DNA of 36,067 nucleotides, from positions 1 to 36,067 of the forward strand of contig SKGW01000013.1 in NCBI GenBank assembly GCA_007117285.1. Direction: 5' to 3'. Source of the stretch: Bacilli bacterium (GTDB lineage: Bacteria; Bacillota_I; Bacilli_A; RF39; UBA660). The first letter of the stretch is position 1. Each line of letters opens with the position of its first letter. Below are positions 29,424 to 36,067 of this stretch, piece by piece. The notes beneath the pieces are model-generated. The model ran no database searches. It had not been told where the DNA came from and saw nothing but the letters and a program-made list of their open reading frames with translations. A program made the position numbers and the translations under genes.

Positions 29424-29869
29424 AAGTAATATTTTTAAAAGATGTTAAAGGTCAGGGAAAAAAAGGAGAAGTTAAAGAAGTATCTGATGGATACGGAATG
29501 AACTTTTTAATAAAAAGAAATTTAGCAGTACTTGCAAATAAAGATGCTTTAAAAAACTTGGAAAGAGAAAACGAAAAATCAGATGCTGAAGAGTTAAAAA
29601 AAATAGTTGAAGCCAAGGAATTAAAAAAAACACTTGAAAAATTAGACATAGTATTTCAAGTTCAAACCGGAAAAGATGATCAAGTTTTTGGCTCAATAAG
29701 TACAAAACAAATTTCTAATTACTTAGCAGATAAAGATTTTAAAATAGATAAAAAACAAATTTCTTTTAAAACTCCACTTAATAGCTTAGGATTTCACGAG
29801 ATTGAAATAAATCTTCACCGTGATATAATAGCAAAAGTCAAAGTGCAGTTGATTCAGGAAGGAAAGTGA
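29420..29869 (+). CDS. rplI: 50S ribosomal protein L9
   Basis: [32 protein letters not shown]-terminus. Confidence 0.95.
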   Translation: MKVIFLKDVKGQGKKGEVKEVSDGYGMNFLIKRNLAVLANKDALKNLERENEKSDAEELKKIVEAKELKKTLEKLDIVFQVQTGKDDQVFGSISTKQISNYLADKDFKIDKKQISFKTPLNSLGFHEIEINLHRDIIAKVKVQLIQEGK

Positions 29870-29873
29870 AAAA

Positions 29874-31220
29874 ATGAATAATAATATACTTCCAAATAGT
29901 AGGGAAGCAGAACAAGCTGTTCTCGGATCAATGTTTCTAAGCAAATATGCATTACAAAAATGTGTTGAGGCAATAAATCCAGAACTTTTCTTTTTTGATG
30001 CTCACAGAAAGCTTTTTTCAGTTTTAGTTGATTTATCAGAACAGAAAAAAACGATTGATTTTACAGTTGTAACAGCTGAATTAGAAAAGAAAAAACTTCT
30101 ATCAGCTATTGGTGGTATAGATTATTTAGTAGAACTAACCGAAAAAGTTCCAAGTGCCGTAAACGTTGATTCATATATATCAATCGTTGTTGAAAAAGCA
30201 ACACTTAGAAAGCTAATCCAAGAAGCAAGTGATATAGTTGAACTAGCGTATTCAGACGTTGATTCAATGAATGAAGTTCTAGATTCAGCAGAAAGAAAAA
30301 TCTTCAGCGTTTCAAAAGCAAGAAAAGGGACTGAATTTAAAACAATCCAAGAAGTTCTTTTCAAAGCTCAAAACGATCTTGAAAAACTTTCTCAAACAAA
30401 AGGTGAAATAACAGGAGTTGCAACAGGTTTTTATGATCTTGATAAATTAACTTCAGGTCTTCACGAAAACGAATTAATAATAATAGCAGCAAGACCAGCA
30501 ATGGGTAAAACAGCCTTTGCACTAAACGTTGCTTGTAATATTGCAATCAATTCAAAAAAAACAGTCGCTATTTTCAACATGGAGATGAGCGCTGAACAAT
30601 TAGCAATGAGAATGTTATCATCAATTGGACAAATTGAAGGTAATAAACTAAGAACAGGAAACTTAGATCACAAGGATTGGAAAAAAGTTAATGAAGCAAT
30701 AAGTCGTTTATCTGACACAAAACTTTTTGTTGATGATACTCCAGGAATGACAATAGGTGAAATACGAGCAAAATGTCGAAGACTTGCTAGCACCTCAGAA
30801 GACTTAGGCGTAATAGTAATTGACTACCTCCAGTTATTAAGTGGTTCAAATAAATATGTAGGAAACCGACAAATGGAAGTTTCTGAAATTTCACGAGCTT
30901 TAAAAACACTTGCTATGGAGCTTGGAGTTCCTATAATAGCACTTGCTCAGCTTTCACGTTCAGTTGAAGGAAGAGAAGACAAACGTCCATTATTGAGCGA
31001 CTTGAGAGAATCAGGATCAATAGAGCAGGACGCCGATATTGTTGCGTTCTTATATCGTGATGATTATTACAACAACGAAAGTTCAATAGATGAAAATACA
31101 AGTAAAAGTGAATTTATAATTAAAAAGCACAGAAGTGGACCTATTGATACAGTTGAACTTGTATTCAAAAGAAATACTAGTACTTTTAGAAATTATGTAA
31201 AAACCGAAGAAGAGGAATGA
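29874..31220 (+). CDS. dnaB: Replicative DNA helicase
   Basis: PNSREAEQAVLGSM N-terminus, Walker A ARPAMGKTAF, LSRSVE and SGSIEQDAD motifs. Confidence 0.96.
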   Translation: MNNNILPNSREAEQAVLGSMFLSKYALQKCVEAINPELFFFDAHRKLFSVLVDLSEQKKTIDFTVVTAELEKKKLLSAIGGIDYLVELTEKVPSAVNVDSYISIVVEKATLRKLIQEASDIVELAYSDVDSMNEVLDSAERKIFSVSKARKGTEFKTIQEVLFKAQNDLEKLSQTKGEITGVATGFYDLDKLTSGLHENELIIIAARPAMGKTAFALNVACNIAINSKKTVAIFNMEMSAEQLAMRMLSSIGQIEGNKLRTGNLDHKDWKKVNEAISRLSDTKLFVDDTPGMTIGEIRAKCRRLASTSEDLGVIVIDYLQLLSGSNKYVGNRQMEVSEISRALKTLAMELGVPIIALAQLSRSVEGREDKRPLLSDLRESGSIEQDADIVAFLYRDDYYNNESSIDENTSKSEFIIKKHRSGPIDTVELVFKRNTSTFRNYVKTEEEE

Positions 31221-31224
31221 TAAA

Positions 31225-32673
31225 TTGAAAAAATATATAATAGCAGCTATCGTTTCCTCATTACTTGTAGTAATGGGGTTTTCAACGAATAGAGTTGTTC
31301 AACCTGATGTAATCTACAATGTTTATCTTGAAGGTGAATTAATTGGTTTTGTTGATAGTAAAACTTCATTTGAAAAATACATGGATGAAAAATCCGAACA
31401 CTTGAAAGATCTATATAAAATAGAGCAAATTCATGGTCCGGATTCATTAGAAATAGTTAAATACGTAACATACAATTCAGAAGTTAATACATACGATGAG
31501 GTTTTTAAAAACATCACCAAACCGCTAACAGTTGAAGGGTTTCAAATAACTATACATAAAGAAGAACAAGAAGAACCGCTTAAAATAAATGTAAATAATT
31601 TAGAAGTTTTTGAAGATTCAATAAAAAATGTAATCTCTAGTTTTATTGGTACAGATAATTACCAACTTTACTACGAAGAGGAAAGAATTATATTCGAAGC
31701 AGACGAATCAAGAATTGAAAATGTTTATTTAGAAGATGAAATAACATACAGAAGCATAAAAATTCCAATTAACGAAGAAATATATACTTCTGCAAGCGAA
31801 TTATCTAAGTTTTTGCTTTTTGGAACAACTGAAAGTCAACAAAAATACATTGTTGAAGCAGATGATACAATCGAATCAGTAGCTTTTAAGCACGAAATAA
31901 GTGCTGAAGAATTTCTTGTTTCAAATCCAGAATTTACCGGTGTTAATAATTTACTTTATGAAAGTCAAGAAGTAATTATCGGTGTTACTGATCCGCAAAT
32001 ATCAGTTGTAGTCGAAGAATTTGTAGTCGAAGAAGTTTTAAATAACTACAGAGTAGAAGTGAGATATGATGAAAACGAATTAATCGGTTATTCAAAAGTT
32101 GTTCAAAAAGGAGAGCAAGGAATTGAAAAACTAACTCGTAACGTTAAAACCGTAAATGGAGTAGTTGTATTCTCGGATCTATTATCAAGAGAAGAAATAA
32201 AACCTAGTATAAGTCAGATAGTTGTCAAAGGAGAAAAAAACATCCCAAGTGTGGCATCAGCATATGCTTGGACATGGCCGACAGCACCAGGGTGGACGAT
32301 TACTTCAAACTACGCTTATCGAATACACCCGATCACAAGAAGACGTGAATTACACCCAGCATTGGATATTGCCATTGGATATGGAGCTCACATATATGCT
32401 TCAAATAATGGAGTCGTTCATGAAGTTGGATATCAAGGTGGTTACGGTAATTACGTTATAATCAAACATAATAATAATGCTAATAATTACACCCTCTACG
32501 CCCACTTATCAAGATATATTGTTCGAAAGGGACAAGTTGTATCAGCGGGAACGCTACTTGGTTATATGGGAAGCACAGGTATGTCAACAGGGCCTCACCT
32601 TCACTTTGAACTTTGGGTTGGTGAACCTCATAAAGGTGGTTACCGTTTGAATCCTTGGAGCATTTTACGTTGA
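31225..32673 (+). CDS. Membrane-anchored M23 metallopeptidase with LysM and G5-like domains
   Basis: TTG start after an AGAGGA RBS, with an N-terminal TM helix. It has a LysM-like YIVEADDTIESVAFKHEISAEEFLVSNP segment and a G5-like segment ending VVKGEKN. The M23 motifs are HPALDIA, YAHLS and GSTGMSTGPHLHFE. Confidence 0.85.
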   Translation: MKKYIIAAIVSSLLVVMGFSTNRVVQPDVIYNVYLEGELIGFVDSKTSFEKYMDEKSEHLKDLYKIEQIHGPDSLEIVKYVTYNSEVNTYDEVFKNITKPLTVEGFQITIHKEEQEEPLKINVNNLEVFEDSIKNVISSFIGTDNYQLYYEEERIIFEADESRIENVYLEDEITYRSIKIPINEEIYTSASELSKFLLFGTTESQQKYIVEADDTIESVAFKHEISAEEFLVSNPEFTGVNNLLYESQEVIIGVTDPQISVVVEEFVVEEVLNNYRVEVRYDENELIGYSKVVQKGEQGIEKLTRNVKTVNGVVVFSDLLSREEIKPSISQIVVKGEKNIPSVASAYAWTWPTAPGWTITSNYAYRIHPITRRRELHPALDIAIGYGAHIYASNNGVVHEVGYQGGYGNYVIIKHNNNANNYTLYAHLSRYIVRKGQVVSAGTLLGYMGSTGMSTGPHLHFELWVGEPHKGGYRLNPWSILR

Positions 32674-33413
32674 GGTTGAAAATTATAGCAAGTGGAAGTT
32701 CCGGCAACTCAACCTTTTTAGAAATAAACAATAAAAGATTTCTAATAGATGTCGGAATTTCATGCTCTGCAATTGAAAAAAGTTTGAAAGAATTTGGTGT
32801 TGATCCCAAAAGCATTAATTACATTTTACTAACCCACACCCATAGCGATCACGTTAGAGGTTTAGAAGTTTTTTGCAAAAAACATAAAACTCAAGTTTAT
32901 ATTACAGAAAAAATTCATAAAGATATTCCCTTTTTGAAAAATAATTTCTTTTATATCCAAAACAAATTTTACATAGAAGATTTAGAAGTAACCTTAATAA
33001 AAACATCCCACGATTCAACAGAATCGTATGGATATATATTTGAAAACGGAAAAGAAAATCTAGTTTATATAACCGATACAGGATATATAAATAAAAAAAC
33101 AAGAGAAAAAATAAAAAACAAAAACATCTATGTAATTGAAAGTAATCACGATGTTGAAATGTTAATGAATACCAATCGACCTCATGCTATTAAAATGAGA
33201 ATACTCGGTGATAAAGGACATCTTTCTAATGAAGATTCAGCAGATTGTATTAGTGAAATTATCGGACCAAATACAAAAAAAGTGGTTTTAGCACATTTAA
33301 GTGAAGAAGCTAATACACCAGAAAAAGCCTATCAAATAATGAGAGAAAGAATCCAAGAAAAAGCAACTATAATTGTTGCTCAAAAAGAGGGGACTGAATT
33401 GTTCGAATTATGA
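32670..33413 (+). CDS. MBL-fold metallo-hydrolase (WalJ/YycJ-like)
   Basis: ASGSSGNS and HTHSDH motifs. The start is ambiguous among TTG codons at 32655, 32670 and 32676; 32670 has a GGAG 9 nt upstream. Confidence 0.8.
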   Translation: MRLKIIASGSSGNSTFLEINNKRFLIDVGISCSAIEKSLKEFGVDPKSINYILLTHTHSDHVRGLEVFCKKHKTQVYITEKIHKDIPFLKNNFFYIQNKFYIEDLEVTLIKTSHDSTESYGYIFENGKENLVYITDTGYINKKTREKIKNKNIYVIESNHDVEMLMNTNRPHAIKMRILGDKGHLSNEDSADCISEIIGPNTKKVVLAHLSEEANTPEKAYQIMRERIQEKATIIVAQKEGTELFEL

Positions 33414-33856
33414 TAAAAATAATAACTGTTGGAAAACTAAAAGAAGAATATTTAAAAAAAGCATGTGATGATTATGCAAAAAGAATTGCTAAATATCACG
33501 ATGTTGAAATAATTGAAGTTCCTCATAAGGACAGTGAAAAAGGTTTGATATTAGAGAGGGATCTAATTTTAAAACATATCTCACCTAAGGACAATGTTTT
33601 GTTAATGGCAATTTCAGGTAAACAAACTGATTCAAAAGAATTTAGTAAGTTAGTAGAAAAGAGTTTTATAAAAAAACCTAACATAACTTTTATAATAGGT
33701 GGTAGCAATGGAGTTCATGATGACATAAGGAAGATATCTAGTTCCCAAATTTCTTTTTCAAAAATGACATTTCCCCATCAAGTGTTTAGACTAATTTTAT
33801 TAGAACAAATATATAGAGCTTTCAAAATAAGTAAAAATGAAAGTTATCACAAATAA
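33410..33856 (+). CDS. rlmH: 23S rRNA (pseudouridine1915-N3)-methyltransferase, SPOUT family
   Basis: 148 aa, with ITFIIGGSNGV and MTFPHQVFRLILLEQIYRA motifs. Confidence 0.9.
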   Translation: MIKIITVGKLKEEYLKKACDDYAKRIAKYHDVEIIEVPHKDSEKGLILERDLILKHISPKDNVLLMAISGKQTDSKEFSKLVEKSFIKKPNITFIIGGSNGVHDDIRKISSSQISFSKMTFPHQVFRLILLEQIYRAFKISKNESYHK

Positions 33857-33859
33857 AAA

Positions 33860-33883
33860 ACAGGAAATTAATTTTCCTGTTTT
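33860..33883. terminator. Bidirectional hairpin between convergent rlmH and rpmE
   Basis: ACAGGAAA-loop-TTTCCTGT hairpin, flanked by A- and T-runs. It overlaps the last codons and stop of rpmE. Confidence 0.6.
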
Positions 33884-34074
33884 ATTCCGTATTTACGGTT
33901 GAATTTTTCTATTCTACCAGTCTTAGAAGTTTTACCTTGTACTCCAGTATAGAATGGGTGGCACATATTACAAATCTCAAGATCTAATTGTTTCTTATTT
34001 GACCTAACTGTAAATTTGTTTCCACAAGTACACTCAACAGCTGTTTCCATGTATTCTGGTTTTTCCTTTTTCAT
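33868..34074 (-). CDS. rpmE: 50S ribosomal protein L31 (zinc-binding type A)
   Basis: CTCGN...CNMCHPFYTG motif, 68 aa. Confidence 0.94.
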   Translation of the reverse strand: MKKEKPEYMETAVECTCGNKFTVRSNKKQLDLEICNMCHPFYTGVQGKTSKTGRIEKFNRKYGIKQEN

Positions 34075-34126
34075 ATTAACTCTCCTTCCGCCATGGCTTT
34101 TAACCCATAGTAATTTGACGCTTTTT

Positions 34127-34155
34127 CATTATATCAATAAATATTTTAAAAATCA
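34127..34155 (-). promoter_or_regulatory. Promoter of rpmE
   Basis: On the minus strand: TTGATT, a 17-nt spacer ending in TGa, then TATAAT. Coordinates are accurate to within about 1 nt. Confidence 0.55.
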
Positions 34156-34157
34156 AT

Positions 34158-35414
34158 CTAAATGTCGACAATTTCAATATTGACACCGACATTTTTTAAT
34201 TTGTCCTCAATATTTTCATAGCCCCTCAAAATATGCTCAGCTTTATCAATAAAAGTTTTCTTATTCGTTGTTAAAGCTGCAATAATCATACAAGCTCCAG
34301 CTCTCAAATCAGTCGCCATAACAGTGCCGCCTTTATACTTTGTAGGACCTTTAATTTTAATAACTCGCTGACTTGAAACATCAATATCAGCACCCATTTT
34401 ATTTAAATACTTAACATTTTGAAATCTATTTTCATAAATCGTTTCTTCTAATTTAGAAACACCTTCCGCCATCGAAAGAAGAACAGTGAGTGGCTGTTGA
34501 AGATCAGTTGGAAATCCAGGATATCCGGCAGTTCTAACAGAAATTGGTTTTAGTGAATTCGCTCTAGATACAGTTACACTTGTACTATCAACAGTTATTG
34601 GAACTCCCATTTCCTTTAGTTTTTGAATTAAGTTCTCAATATGCTCAGGTATAATATTAGCTACTGTAAGATTGTGACCCATAACTGCACCAGCAATTAT
34701 GTAAGTACCAGCTTCAATTCTATCAGGAATAACCTCTGAAAAACCGCTTGTCATTTTTTCAACACCAATTATTTTAATTTTACTAGTTCCGGCGCCAGTT
34801 ATTCGAGCGCCCATACTATTTAAAAAATTGGCAACACTTACTATTTCTGGTTCACGAGCAGCATTTTCTATTATAGTTCCACCAGTAGCTCTAACCGCAA
34901 CTAGCATAGTATTAATAGTTGCACCGACACTTGGCATGTCTAAATAAACATGAGCACCTTTTAATTCATCCGCAAAAATTTTAAACTTATTATTTTCCTC
35001 GATTACTGTTGCTCCTAAAGCTCTAAAACCTTTTAAAGTTTGATCAATAGGTCGGGCACCAATCGCACAACCACCTGGAAAATACATTTCAACATGCTTG
35101 TATTTTCCAAGAAGAGCCGACATAAAGTAATAAGAAGCTCTTAGTTTTTTCGAAACATTTTCAGGAATTTCTTTATTTTCAACACTACTAGAGTCTATTT
35201 TTATTACATCATTTTCCAAACTAATATCCGCCCCTAAATATTCCAAAATTTCGGTTAGGGCTTCAATGTCAGATATTTTAGGTATGTTACTTATGGTAAC
35301 CTTTTCATCAGATAACAAAGATGCTGGAACTAATGCAACAGCGCTATTTTTAGCACCGCCAATATTAATTGTTCCCGTCAAAAGATTTCCACCACTAATG
35401 ATAATTTGTTTCAT
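34158..35414 (-). CDS. murA: UDP-N-acetylglucosamine 1-carboxyvinyltransferase
   Basis: GGAKNSAV motif and catalytic-loop PGGCAIGARPID. The fba-murA-rpmE neighbourhood resembles the B. subtilis murAB locus. Confidence 0.95.
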   Translation of the reverse strand: MKQIIISGGNLLTGTINIGGAKNSAVALVPASLLSDEKVTISNIPKISDIEALTEILEYLGADISLENDVIKIDSSSVENKEIPENVSKKLRASYYFMSALLGKYKHVEMYFPGGCAIGARPIDQTLKGFRALGATVIEENNKFKIFADELKGAHVYLDMPSVGATINTMLVAVRATGGTIIENAAREPEIVSVANFLNSMGARITGAGTSKIKIIGVEKMTSGFSEVIPDRIEAGTYIIAGAVMGHNLTVANIIPEHIENLIQKLKEMGVPITVDSTSVTVSRANSLKPISVRTAGYPGFPTDLQQPLTVLLSMAEGVSKLEETIYENRFQNVKYLNKMGADIDVSSQRVIKIKGPTKYKGGTVMATDLRAGACMIIAALTTNKKTFIDKAEHILRGYENIEDKLKNVGVNIEIVDI

Positions 35415-35423
35415 AAAATCCTC

Positions 35424-36067
35424 CTATGCTTTATTAGCTGATTCAGTTAAAATTAATTTTTCTTTGACTTTATTTTTCAAAGAAACTTCACCAGATCCAA
35501 TAACTTTTCTTGGATCATATTCCTTTTTATCTTCTTCCAAAAATTTTCTAACACTTTCAGTCCAAACTAACTGCAAATCAGTATTAATATTAATTTTAGC
35601 AATTCCGCATTGAATACTAGTTTTTATTTGTTCATCATATATTCCGGTTCCACCATGCAAAACAAGAGGAGTTTTAAGCAAATTATTTATCTCAGCCATT
35701 CTCTCAAAGTTTAACTTAGGATCTCCTTTATATGGTCCGTGAACACTTCCTAAAGCAGGTGCGAGCATGAAAATTCCTGTTGAATTAACTATTTTAACAG
35801 AATCCTCGACACTTGCATAGTGTATATCTCCAATTACATCATCTTCTTGACCACCTACATGACCAACCTCGGCCTCAACCGTGATCTCATCCCCAGCATA
35901 ATTAACAACCGATTTAGTTATTTTAATGTTTTCATCTATTTCATATTTTGATGCATCAATCATTACCGAAGTAAATCCAGCATCAATTGCATTTTTACAA
36001 TCTTCAAAACTTCCACCATGATCTAAGTGAAGCGCAACAGGTATTTTTATACCCAATTCATTTATTA
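35424..36067 (-). CDS. fba: Class II fructose-1,6-bisphosphate aldolase (N-terminus lies off-window)
   Basis: ALHLDHG, EAEVGHVGG and LVLHGGTG motifs. The frame remains open to the window edge. Confidence 0.9.
   Translation of the reverse strand, partial: INELGIKIPVALHLDHGGSFEDCKNAIDAGFTSVMIDASKYEIDENIKITKSVVNYAGDEITVEAEVGHVGGQEDDVIGDIHYASVEDSVKIVNSTGIFMLAPALGSVHGPYKGDPKLNFERMAEINNLLKTPLVLHGGTGIYDEQIKTSIQCGIAKININTDLQLVWTESVRKFLEEDKKEYDPRKVIGSGEVSLKNKVKEKLILTESANKA

Overview
Low-GC (about 30% by eye) Bacillota-type chromosomal segment that uses the standard bacterial code; TGA is a stop, for example at the secY/adk, lgt/trxB and dnaB junctions. Bases 925-14893 hold a complete, tightly packed S10-spc-alpha ribosomal superoperon running rpsJ to rplQ, including secY, adk, map, infA, rpmJ and rpoA. 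rpmD (L30) is absent, and rplC carries an unusual acidic repeat tail. The main accessory content is a family of four type IV pilin-like genes. A 1013-aa modular 'mega-pilin' sits directly behind rplQ at 14994-18035. It combines a prepilin signal and pilin head with a GLUG-like beta-helix, a Listeria-Bacteroides repeat, five Fn3-like modules and an orphan C-terminal domain. Three tandem small pilin paralogs lie at 24664-26335, each with its own near-consensus promoter and terminator. No pilus assembly, peptidase or ATPase genes are in the window. Between the two pilin loci are a proline-type T-box riboswitch driving proC, then gpsA, a YvlD-like membrane protein, lgt and trxB. Next, on the minus strand, comes an uncharacterised two-gene module: an internally duplicated DUF1538-like membrane protein translationally coupled to a tandem P-II-like signalling protein. 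The right third carries ligA, a DHH/DHHA1 phosphoesterase, rplI, dnaB, an M23/LysM/G5 peptidase, a WalJ-like MBL hydrolase and rlmH. On the minus strand it carries rpmE, murA and a truncated class II fba. No tRNA, rRNA, CRISPR array, transposase or integrase was seen. Cell-wall genes (murA, M23/LysM peptidase, LtaS-like enzyme) occur together with Mollicutes-like traits (r-protein tail, no L30). This suggests a walled, reduced-genome relative of Erysipelotrichia/Mollicutes, which is an inference only.
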